Assembly: GCA_977017575.1 (NCBI GenBank) | Contig: CDRNVI010000003.1 | Span: 124,001 to 188,000, forward strand | Length of the DNA: 64,000 bases | Source of the DNA: Paramoeba atlantica | Taxonomy: Eukaryota; Protista; Discosea | Reading direction: 5' to 3' | Part shown: in pieces, positions 43,138 through 52,319 of the stretch | How the letters are laid out: each line of letters opens with the position of its first letter | How positions within the stretch are numbered: position 1 is the stretch's first letter | Position numbers and translations under genes: made by a program | Notes under the pieces: model-generated | What the model was told of the DNA's origin: nothing | Seen by the model: only the letters and a program-made list of their open reading frames with translations | Database searches by the model: none

Positions 43138-43848
43138 TGCATAGTATTTTATTGTTAATATTAATGCTATGCATAGTATCACAGTATCATACACTGCCGT
43201 ATAAATGTTTTCTATGTGGTGATTCTTTATAGTTTCATCTTAGTTTGCTAGGAATCGAGGGTAAACTCGACTGGCCAAAAAAAATAAAAAAAATGATACC
43301 ATCGCGGTGTTAGGGGGTAGGCTTCCGGTGGGCCTAGGGGGTTCGCACCAAAATAAAAATAAAAAAAATAAATGGGCGACAGAAGCAAATCAGTAAAGGG
43401 AATTCTTCTTATGGAAGGAATTCCTCATCGCTAAAGATACCGTTTCTGTACATAGAGCATTCCGTGCCAATCCTACGAATCAGCACACTTGAGAGGAAAT
43501 AATTTTGTATTTAATGGCTAGTGCGCCGATGCGGGTTGGTGTGGGTCGGTGCGGGTAACTGGGTCACAGACCCGGGTAATTTACCCGCACAGACCCGCTA
43601 ATGGGTAATTACCCATCGACCCGGCAGGGGTATATCATTTTGGCTAGTTGTATGTTGACAGCCCAATTCTCATTTTTAGCGACTCTCAGAATAGTGACGT
43701 TTACTGTATTAAGAAGTTCGAAAATAAGTGAAGCTCCATGAATTTACAAACCATTTGTCCCTTAAATTAATAAAATCCTTCAACACAAAATTCGTTAGAA
43801 ATTGTTATCTGCTACAATGAAAACCATTTCGCCCACGAGTTAAAAGTT

Positions 43849-44694
43849 TCATTCATGTAAATTTATATTGGTGCCTTTATATTCGAAATTTTGGAGAGAT
43901 CTTGGAAGAGTGGAACGATCGACTACACCATGAAGTTCGGCATTGTCATCTATCCTAAGTGTGTTTAATCGCACGGGGAGACCCTCAAACAGCACTTCGC
44001 CCGAAAAACAATTGTCATACAAGTAGAGTTCAAGAATGGAACAGGGTAAATGCTGTAAGTTGAGGGACCCTGTAAATCGATTCTCCGATATATTCAAGTG
44101 ATTCAGGTGTTCTGACAACCGCGTTAAATCAATGGTTCCAGACAACTTATTCTTCCGAAGAGAAAGGTACACCAAATTTCTAGGCAGGCTCGTTAATTCT
44201 ACGCTACCTTCAAATCTGTTTGATCCTACTGCAAGTTCCTCCAAAGTATGGGGCATGTGCTCCAAATCAAGGTTGCCAGTAAAGTCATTGTTCCATAAAA
44301 TCAAAGTTGAAAGTTGCGGCGGTAAGGTATCTAGCTTCACCCCGCCAGTCAGCTGGGTATCCCAAAGCCTGCAAGCTGTCAGAGTGCGGGGTAGCCAATC
44401 CCACTGGAGAGTACCGGAGAGTCGTTCAAAAGCAAAAGCACTCCAGTTAATCTCCGTTACGTGAATAGCATCCTCACAGGTCACGCATTTCCATTCACAC
44501 GCAGGTGTTGATGTGTTCCAGGACGGATGTGGTTTCTCGATATCTTGGGTAAATTTTGCAAGTTCATATTCTTGTGGTAAGTTGGCTCCTCGTACTCTAC
44601 CGGTATGACTGTGATGCGACTGTGCAATGGGGATGTCAGCTGTGCTGTACAGCATGCAGGAAAAGATAAAAATTGCTGCCGGAGTGCTCATCAC
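43849..44694 (-). CDS. Leucine-rich repeat protein (member 7)
   Basis: Hydrophobic N-terminus, TGRVRGANLPQEY, cap ACEWKCVTC, LRRs. Confidence 0.9.
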   Translation of the reverse strand: MMSTPAAIFIFSCMLYSTADIPIAQSHHSHTGRVRGANLPQEYELAKFTQDIEKPHPSWNTSTPACEWKCVTCEDAIHVTEINWSAFAFERLSGTLQWDWLPRTLTACRLWDTQLTGGVKLDTLPPQLSTLILWNNDFTGNLDLEHMPHTLEELAVGSNRFEGSVELTSLPRNLVYLSLRKNKLSGTIDLTRLSEHLNHLNISENRFTGSLNLQHLPCSILELYLYDNCFSGEVLFEGLPVRLNTLRIDDNAELHGVVDRSTLPRSLQNFEYKGTNINLHE

Positions 44695-44970
44695 ACGTTA
44701 GACAACAATAATTAATAAGTTGCTTGGTGAATTAATAAAATTCAGTAGTTCAATGAAATTAACTGCAAGGATATCATCGTTATCATTTCACATGTGTATG
44801 ATACAATAATGCACAAAAGAGATCAACGTTCAAAAAAACTGGGAAGCCACAGAATAAGGTATACCTAGTTTCGTAGCCAAAACACAGTGACGATAGACAG
44901 ATAGGAGGTTCGTTCTCCTTCGAATTCTCACGGTGAGAATCCTACTTCTTGCTTTGGTGGTTTTCTGTTT

Positions 44971-46218
44971 TTACTCGGAAGTCGACTTCTTTAAATCTGC
45001 CCACCAAGGAGAAGGCGCTTCTAGTTGTACGCTCCCCGACACAAGTCGTAGACAGTACTTCCATGAGTGAAGGCAAATAAAAGAAGTATAGTCGTTGTCG
45101 ACAAGTTGAATATCTTCATCACATCGAGTACAATGTGTGCTTTCCGTGTCCATAAAAGTTCCGTTCATCAATTGAGCAGTCGCAGAAGTTTCAGCCAATG
45201 AGTGACATGAAAGAAATTTCTGTGTAGGATGACCATACACTCTATCATTTATAATGGGGTAACCCAAAGTAGAGAGGTGAACACGAATTTGATGAGTTCG
45301 GCCTGTATATGGCGTACATGAGAGAAGCGTCGCACATCGATTCGAGTCTCTATGTAGTACAGAAAAGAAGGTTTGTGAGGGCTTTGCATTTTCTATATCG
45401 GAGCGATCACGCGAACCTTGCGTGTATTTTCGCATCCAATCCCGTTTCTCCTGCACAGAGGAAAAAGAAGTTCTGGTGCGTTTGGCGGGTCCTCGTTGTT
45501 CCTCGAACCGTTGAATTTCCTGAATGAGATCCGGATCAGTGACACAACGCATTCGACCTGTTTTGTAATCCTCCACACAAAGCGGGAAATTCACCTCAAA
45601 AGAATCCTCCTCTACGATACCATGGACCAGGGCAAGGTACGTTTTCTCAACCTCTGAGGCCAAACGTCTCTCCAAAATAGCTGCAATGTTTGACTTGAGC
45701 TCTGCATTCGTTGCGAGCAGAAGCAACCCACTGGTGCCACGGTCCAATCGATGACAGGGGTGTAGCTTTCGCCCCGATTCTGGTTTTGCCCAATCCTTCG
45801 CAAGTTCATGTTGTAAACGATACAACACACTGTTACGATGGTACCTCCCACAGGGATGTACTGGCATACTCGGGGGTTTGTTCACGACAAGTAATCCCGT
45901 GTCGGGGTCGTGATGTAATATTTCTATGTGTAGATCCAGTACTCGGGGCTCATGCCGATGTACAATGTGGATGATGGTCTCGTTCGGGCGAAGCCGGTGG
46001 CTCGCGAGCGCGACAGAAGGCCCATTGTGGGGAAGCCGAACATAGAGCCGACCCTGTTCAAGAGCTTTTTGGTAGTAGTCCGGTGTCCTGTGGCCAAATT
46101 CCGCCTTCATAACGTCCAGAAGAGTGCGGCCAACCCAGCGCCCTTTTACGTGAACGGTGAAAGTGTAGTCATAGGGGTGGATGTAGCGGTACCCGTTTGA
46201 GGTGTAAAAGTAACACAT
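44971..46218 (-). CDS. RluA-family pseudouridine synthase (Pus8/Pus9/RPUSD2-like)
   Basis: S4-like N-terminus, VVNKPPSMPVHPCGRY, HRLDRGTSG, GRTHQIRVH, LHSW. Confidence 0.92.
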   Translation of the reverse strand: MCYFYTSNGYRYIHPYDYTFTVHVKGRWVGRTLLDVMKAEFGHRTPDYYQKALEQGRLYVRLPHNGPSVALASHRLRPNETIIHIVHRHEPRVLDLHIEILHHDPDTGLLVVNKPPSMPVHPCGRYHRNSVLYRLQHELAKDWAKPESGRKLHPCHRLDRGTSGLLLLATNAELKSNIAAILERRLASEVEKTYLALVHGIVEEDSFEVNFPLCVEDYKTGRMRCVTDPDLIQEIQRFEEQRGPAKRTRTSFSSVQEKRDWMRKYTQGSRDRSDIENAKPSQTFFSVLHRDSNRCATLLSCTPYTGRTHQIRVHLSTLGYPIINDRVYGHPTQKFLSCHSLAETSATAQLMNGTFMDTESTHCTRCDEDIQLVDNDYTSFICLHSWKYCLRLVSGSVQLEAPSPWWADLKKSTSE

Positions 46219-46580
46219 GGAAGTAGTGAAAACGGGTAGTTGGAAAGGATTTAACCAAAGAGCTGAGCTATTGTTTCAGAGATTTCGAAGTAAAGTAGGG
46301 CTATTTCGCTTTGCTTTTAAGTGAGCTCAAAGAAATCAAACATCCGTGCACTAGGGAAAGCACACAATGTTCTGCTCAAAATAGCATTAACTCTCCCTTA
46401 ACTTATTTAAGTGCGATAGTTAAACTATCACTGAAAACACGTAGACTTCAGCGCGCGTTCCTCAACGACTACAAACTAACATAAACGCCACATTTCAACC
46501 ATTCGTTGCAGATCACACCTTCTTACTCGCACATGCACTATTCGCCCCACTGTTTTGCGCGACACTATTGAACCCCCTTC

Positions 46581-47933
46581 TCACCGTGCTGGCACCACGA
46601 ACCCATGCCGCTTCACCTCCTCCTCTACCGTATAAATTAAAACCTTATCCTGACTCCCCCCGGCGGTCAGCAAAGTTGGGTCTTGCGGGTGAAACGCAAT
46701 CGCAAAAACCTCTCCGACACCTAACGCATGGGAAGCCACCAACGAGGGCCCACTTTCTCCTCCTCCACCCCCTTCCCTGAGATCCCACAAACTCACCTTT
46801 TTATCCCCCCCACCCGTAGCCAGCAGACCGGGAATTTGCGGAGAGAACGAGAACACTGTCCCTGTGGGATGGGCTTGTAACGTTAGCAACGCTGGGTCAT
46901 CTCGCCCCATTTTACGAAGGTCAAACACCTTTAAACTCCCATCTGTGTGGGAGACCGCAAATTCACTAGCGCCATGCCACGCGATTTGCTCCGGGATCTC
47001 ATGCAGGGCTCGGGCCATGGAACGGTCCTGGGCCCTGCAGTCATGGAGTACCGCCACAGGGTCGAAACCCGCGGAGAGGAGCAGACAACTCTCCGTGCGA
47101 CTCCAGTCCAACGACTGAACTTTGTCTTTATGAGAACCGTCTCGTGTTTGGGTACACGTCCCATGGTCCAGATCCCACAACTTAACACTGTGATCTGCCG
47201 AGGCAGAGGCCAAATGTTGAGGAGCCTCCCAGTTCCATTTAAGACACAGAACCGCATCGGTATGAGAGGAAGAACAACAAGCAGGTGATGACGACGACGA
47301 CGAAGAACCCCCCAAACCCTTCCTCCCCCTCCTCCCTCCCCTCTTCCCCTTCCTCTCCCCCCTCCCCCGCACGCCCCCCCGCGACAGCTCCAGCCTCGGG
47401 GCGGTGGCCTCGAAAAGGTCCACGTCCCACGCCGCGACCCCCCCGGCCCGGTCCCCCACAAGAGCCAGGTTCGCCCTCCCGCTCCCCTGGGCCCGCCCCA
47501 CCCACTCCACACACAGCGGGAGCTCGGGGAGCGGGAGGTCGTGGTGGGGGAACAGCCCGTCGGTGGAGGGGTCGTAGAGGTAGAGCTCGAGCGTGTTGCT
47601 GCTGCTGTCGTCGTCGCCCCCCCCCGCGTGGGTCACGAGCACGGGACAGTCCGTGGGGTGGATACGGTCGTCGTCCGCCTCGGAGTCCGAGAGGTCGTCG
47701 GAGAGTTCGGAGACCCAGAGGGTGTGGTCGTCGTCGTCGTCGTTGTTGTGGTTGCCGTTGTCATCATGGGAATTCTCGTGGGGTTGAGAGGGGGAAGAGA
47801 GGGAGGCCTCGCTGTCGGGGTTGTCGGGGAGGGTGGGGGGGTGAGGGTGGGTTGGTTTGCGGATTTTTTCGCGGAGGGGTGTGGGGTTGCAGGCGGAGGC
47901 AGGGACCCAAGCAATGCCGCTGATGAGGCTCAT
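46581..47933 (-). CDS. PWP1: Periodic tryptophan protein 1 (WD40)
   Basis: MSLISGIAWV start, LELYLY...FPHHDLPLPELPLCVEW, HTDAVLCLKWN, ASASADHSVKLWDL, HKDKVQSLDW. Confidence 0.88.
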   Translation of the reverse strand: MSLISGIAWVPASACNPTPLREKIRKPTHPHPPTLPDNPDSEASLSSPSQPHENSHDDNGNHNNDDDDDHTLWVSELSDDLSDSEADDDRIHPTDCPVLVTHAGGGDDDSSSNTLELYLYDPSTDGLFPHHDLPLPELPLCVEWVGRAQGSGRANLALVGDRAGGVAAWDVDLFEATAPRLELSRGGVRGRGERKGKRGGRRGRKGLGGSSSSSSSPACCSSSHTDAVLCLKWNWEAPQHLASASADHSVKLWDLDHGTCTQTRDGSHKDKVQSLDWSRTESCLLLSAGFDPVAVLHDCRAQDRSMARALHEIPEQIAWHGASEFAVSHTDGSLKVFDLRKMGRDDPALLTLQAHPTGTVFSFSPQIPGLLATGGGDKKVSLWDLREGGGGGESGPSLVASHALGVGEVFAIAFHPQDPTLLTAGGSQDKVLIYTVEEEVKRHGFVVPAR

Positions 47934-48164
47934 GAGGGAGGAAATAAAGGGAGGAAAACGATCGTAAAATTTAGATCGGGTGAAAAAGTGCAGTCCTTTA
48001 AGAGTAAACTAAAAATTTGGGACAAGAAGACCAAAATTGCTATAAGAAGACAATGAATGGTCGCGAAATGTTGTCAATGGAGAGTGTGTAGGCAGTATCT
48101 GGACGCCGCTGGTACGTATCCCCCCCTTACTTAGCCCCCATTTTTTTGTCCAAAACCCGTACTT

Positions 48165-48220
48165 TGTGGTGAAGTAAGGGGGGTGGTGAAGTAAGGGGGG
48201 TGGTGAAGTAAGGGGGGTGA
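48165..48220 (+). repeat. Tandem GTGGTGAAGTAAGGGGG(G) x3
   Basis: Three units seen directly; a further copy lies at about 49043 and inverse CCCCTTACTT copies at 48123 and 49009. Confidence 0.8.
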
Positions 48221-48589
48221 ACAAATGATTCAAAGTTCGATCAATTTATAGTTCTCTCGGAAATCCTCAAATTATTGAAGTACACTATGCTATCGACATT
48301 GAGCATAATTTCCTTTTCTTGAATGTTGTAATACCTCGTGTTGCACATTCTATATTTTATGTTTCTTTTAGATTGTCCACGATGTCCCATGCGTTTTTAA
48401 GATTCACCCCATGAAAATTTCTGACATCGTAAAATTTAAATGATGTCGCAGAATATAACCTATTGAACACCAATTTAAATTTTAGAACTACAAGACGCTG
48501 TGGCGCAACTTTCTGACCAAAGCGATGATGAAACTGACATGGAAGAAAACCGTTCTGAATTAGAAATGGTTCAACGAATCTAAGTCATT

Positions 48590-48815
48590 CCGGATTGCTC
48601 CGATTGGTCACTGGCAAGCCAGATGGATTTGGAAGTTTCGAGGCCGAAGTCCTCTACCTGTTTTCGTTAGTACAAGGCGGCAACAACGTGCTGCTACCAA
48701 CCCGCTGCGTCGACGAACCCAAGACAATCTTCAAAAGTTATCATTCCTGCAGCTACGTAGCATTCCTGTAGCCGTTGACATTCCCCCCCGGAACGTTAAA
48801 CCGGACTGTGCTTTA
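48590..48815 (+). repeat. Dispersed repeat homologous to 57262-57423; possible pogo-like transposase relic
   Basis: Shared TCATTCC.GATTGCTCCGA.TGGTC.CTGGCAAGCCAG and GTTAAACCGGACTGTG.TTTA ends; decayed frames only loosely resemble the pogo IP..CT..LQPLD motif. Confidence 0.55.
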
Positions 48816-49246
48816 AAGCCCCGGTATGACGGCGTCGTCTTCACTAAGAAAGTTGCACCAAGAACCTTTGTGCATCGATCTTTGTGCGCCATCTGTGCCC
48901 CCCCCCCTTGCAGACCCTCGCCTTACCCCGATGTAACGGTCGGCAGTGCAGTGCACCCCTCCGGCTGTGTAAAGAGGTGGTAAGTAGTGTGGGGAAAAAT
49001 CTGACACCCCCTTACTTCCCCACACGTCCAGTGACTAAATGTGGTGAAGTAAGGGGGGAGGCAAAGCAAGGGGGGGTAACGGTAGTCTTAAGACAGACAG
49101 ATGAACATTATAAGCGTAATGTAAAAAGACCCATTTCCTAGCAGTGTCTGACAGTCGCTGGTAGTATCTTTTTACGACGTAATTGGTGAGCTCAAAAAGG
49201 TCGTTTACAGACCCTCCAGTTCATCTCTAGCCGAGCAAGTAGTTGA

Positions 49247-49975
49247 CTATTTGGATCGTATTTTTGTACCCTTCCAGTTCCAGAGTGCCACCGATTGGGG
49301 TAGCTTACTTATCTCAACTTCGCCCTCAAGACGAAAATTATTAATAAGAAAAATTTCGTATAATGTTGGTGGAAGCATAGAGAGATCCACGTGACCGGTA
49401 AAATTATTATTTCCCAGAGAAATGCTTCGCAAAGAGGCCGGAAGATGCGTTAAATCCAACGGCCCTGAGAACGCATTAAGTGCAATACTGAGGGTGCGTA
49501 TATCTCTTGGCAACAACGTCAAATCAGCCTCACCCGAAAGTACATTTCGCATTACATCAAAGGAAGAAAGCCGCTGAGGCAAATGACGAAACTCTATTCC
49601 TTGCTGAAAAAAGTTTTTGCGAATGCAGAAAAAATTTAGCACCTGAGGCAAAACCGTAACATCAACATTTCCTTGGAGATCACACCCGTTCGCCTCCATG
49701 ATTTCGGTGGTCTTGGGGAGATATTTCCATTGCAAAGTACCACACAAGGATGCTCCCACCCACCGAAGAGCACGTACTTGTGCATTGGTACTGCATGTGA
49801 TACCTTTCCATGTGCAAGCCGAAGTGCTCGAGTTCCAACTCGGATCTGGTCGCTGGACTTGGCTAATAAAATTCAATAAATCGTATTCCGGAGGCAAATC
49901 TGAACCTCGAACTTTTCCAGCCCTACACCTTTTGGAAAGTGCATCTCTCGACTGCGCGAAGACAATAATAAGCAT
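49247..49975 (-). CDS. Leucine-rich repeat protein (member 8)
   Basis: Leader SKRCRAGKVRGSDLPPEY, cap ACTWKGITC. Confidence 0.9.
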   Translation of the reverse strand: MLIIVFAQSRDALSKRCRAGKVRGSDLPPEYDLLNFISQVQRPDPSWNSSTSACTWKGITCSTNAQVRALRWVGASLCGTLQWKYLPKTTEIMEANGCDLQGNVDVTVLPQVLNFFCIRKNFFQQGIEFRHLPQRLSSFDVMRNVLSGEADLTLLPRDIRTLSIALNAFSGPLDLTHLPASLRSISLGNNNFTGHVDLSMLPPTLYEIFLINNFRLEGEVEISKLPQSVALWNWKGTKIRSK

Positions 49976-50261
49976 AAACTGACAGAATATGCAATGTTGT
50001 GTATTTTAGCACTAAAAAAAAAATTAAAAACAAGAATTTCTGGGGTTATTCCTGCGAAACGGTAAAAAGACCCCAAAAATCGAATTTTCGCTATCCACTT
50101 AAGAAAAAATGTAAATGCCAACATTGACTCATGTCTGCATGAGATACGAGTTATTCTTGTATAGTATAAACATTTCTAGGCCATTTTCATGAAATATAAG
50201 ACGTTAAAAAGATTTACACATCTCATCTACTTTCCGCGTCGTAATGATTTCCGCTTTTCAT

Positions 50262-51041
50262 TTACGTTGCTTCCCTTCCTTCTTGACGTTTACTTCGATA
50301 TTCACATATTTTTATGTAAGTTGCTTCAAAATCATCCTGGATTCCACTATCCCAAGACATATCGCTTAATGTGGCAGGAAGATAGTCATAGAATGCCTCT
50401 CCAAAAAGGTCCTCGTTATTCTGCAAACATAAGCACTCCAGTTTGTCCGGTAAACTAGAAAGATCCACCTCTTTACTGAAACGATTGTCTGAGAAGTTTA
50501 AGCATCGCAACTTCGCAGGGAGACCAACAAGACTCAAAGACCCTGAAAAGGCATTGTGCGAAACGTCAAGTTTTTCAATGGCGTAGGGAAGCAAGCTAAG
50601 GTCCAGCCAACCTGTTAGATGATTATGACACACATCTAAGCACTGGAGTTCGCGAGGTAAAGAGCCCAGACTAATGCTCCCAACCAAAAGATTATGTGAA
50701 AGGATGAGGTCTGTGAGTGACGCGGGTAAGTGTTCCCATACTAGGTATCCTCCAATCTGATGCTCTGCCCACTGTATGCGTGCAACCTGTTTCGTGCCAT
50801 CACACTCCACCCCAGTCCAATTACACGCTGCAACATGAGTGTCCCATGTGTCATGTCGGTTACTGACATTTCGAAGAAATTGATCTAGAAGGTATTCCCG
50901 AGGAAATGGGACGCCATGAGACTTTGCCCGACGAACCGAAGGCATAGGGGAGGGCAGTTCTGGAGCAGAATCATCACACGTTCGCAGGCAGGACAATTTA
51001 ATGCTATCTAACATGTGAAACTTAAAGCAAAAAATACCCAA
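50262..51041 (-). CDS. Leucine-rich repeat protein (member 9)
   Basis: RRAKSHGVPFPREY, cap ACNWTGVEC, LRRs. Confidence 0.9.
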   Translation of the reverse strand: MGIFCFKFHMLDSIKLSCLRTCDDSAPELPSPMPSVRRAKSHGVPFPREYLLDQFLRNVSNRHDTWDTHVAACNWTGVECDGTKQVARIQWAEHQIGGYLVWEHLPASLTDLILSHNLLVGSISLGSLPRELQCLDVCHNHLTGWLDLSLLPYAIEKLDVSHNAFSGSLSLVGLPAKLRCLNFSDNRFSKEVDLSSLPDKLECLCLQNNEDLFGEAFYDYLPATLSDMSWDSGIQDDFEATYIKICEYRSKRQEGREAT

Positions 51042-51361
51042 AAGACCTCAGCGACCTATTTAAGAAAATGAATTGTCCAAAGTAACGAATAGATCGCATG
51101 AGTAAAGACTTGACACTAAACTCTAAAACATACATGTATTTCGAAAGCTGTGGGAGGATCAATGCCATTTTTTAGAGAAATTATAGAAAAATAGCTCCAC
51201 TGTTTTACCAATAAAAAATAAATCAAAACAATGTACACATACAAAAAATGTATGATAATCTTGACGTCTAACTATTCATAGGTTCAAAATTATAAGCATT
51301 TTTAGAAGGGATCGAAACATTTCGCTTATCATCTCAATACCATTCGTTATTTCGCATGCCT

Positions 51362-52024
51362 CTATTTGTTGTGTTTCGCTTCCAGGCCAAGCTGTTTTGT
51401 CATCACCTCGATACTGTCTAACACCTTTGGCGTCTCAAAAACCGCATCGGGAATCTCTGCTCCACGAAACATAGATTCCATCAAGGAAGCCGCACCCCGG
51501 GGAGAGACTTCCCAGCCGAGAGTCTTTAGCAACTCCTCCGCCAGCATCTTGACCAGATCCAGGTTCGGAAGTACTACCTTTGAGTACTCATCATCGGGAT
51601 CCGCGAACAGCGGGTACTCCTGATCATCCACCTGAGTGGTACTCTGCTGCCCACTCTCGTCAAGAATAGGATAAGAGGTGAGGGCGTAGGCCTTGAGCAC
51701 GCGGTGCGGGTCCCCAAGGTGAGGGGGGAGAAAAACAGACATGGGTACATGTTTCTGTCGCGCCACCTCTCCTTTGAGGCGAATCACCTCAAGGGTGCGA
51801 CTGTCAACACTCTTCGCAAGCCACTGTGCAAGTTCTTGACGGATTCCCTCACGGCGTAGTATGGCTCGATAAACGGTTTCCATCGCAGCGTTGTCCCAAC
51901 CCTTACCAAAGAAGTACCGTCGCTGTGCGTGTTGATCGTTGTGGCTAGAAATGAGCGTGGAAGCAATTGAGAAACGGTGCAAACTTCTTCCAGAGATGAA
52001 ACGACGCATTTGCGGAGATAACAT
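51362..52024 (-). CDS. Hypothetical, probably mitochondrial, protein
   Basis: R/S-rich presequence-like MLSPQMRRFISGRSLHRFS; globular body FFGKGWDNAA..FLPPHLGDPHRVLK. Function not recognised with certainty. Confidence 0.6.
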   Translation of the reverse strand: MLSPQMRRFISGRSLHRFSIASTLISSHNDQHAQRRYFFGKGWDNAAMETVYRAILRREGIRQELAQWLAKSVDSRTLEVIRLKGEVARQKHVPMSVFLPPHLGDPHRVLKAYALTSYPILDESGQQSTTQVDDQEYPLFADPDDEYSKVVLPNLDLVKMLAEELLKTLGWEVSPRGAASLMESMFRGAEIPDAVFETPKVLDSIEVMTKQLGLEAKHNK

Positions 52025-52319
52025 GCGAAATGTAAGGATACAATAATAAAAGAGTAGGAAAACGATGTCTCGAACTATGCTGCGCTGTTTTGATGTCCAA
52101 GGCGAAATATTTTGTATTTTTCTATGTGTATCCATAGAATTCATTCTTTTGTTCTAGTGCTGGCAAAAACCAGTGACTTTTTATTGTTCAACTTTTCGAA
52201 TTGTCGCATAATCAGAAAATCTGTTAGGCGTCAAGCAAGATCAAGCAAAAAGTAAAGAAAGCAAATGAGGATAAGTTAGTAGCAAGAGAATACTGATAAA
52301 AGATAATATCATCCACATT

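Larger units (their letters stand above)
41211..43630 (+). mobile_element. Middle nested element with ACCCG-rich composite TIRs and a hAT-like transposase
   Basis: CCCCTGCCGGGT(AA/CG)ATGGGTAATTACCC at both ends (26/28), followed by GGGTCTG.GACCCAGTTACCCGCACCGACCC. Confidence 0.8.
40632..43706. mobile_element. Outer Tc1/mariner/pogo-type element (CAGTAAA ends, TA TSD) hosting nested insertions
   Basis: TA|CAGTAAACGTCACTATTCTCAGA ... TCTCAGAATAGTGACGTTTACTG|TA (22/23). Confidence 0.85.

Noticed and set aside
46864-48056. Overlapping GC-rich ORFs (up to 212 aa)
   Set aside because: Shadow frames of PWP1.
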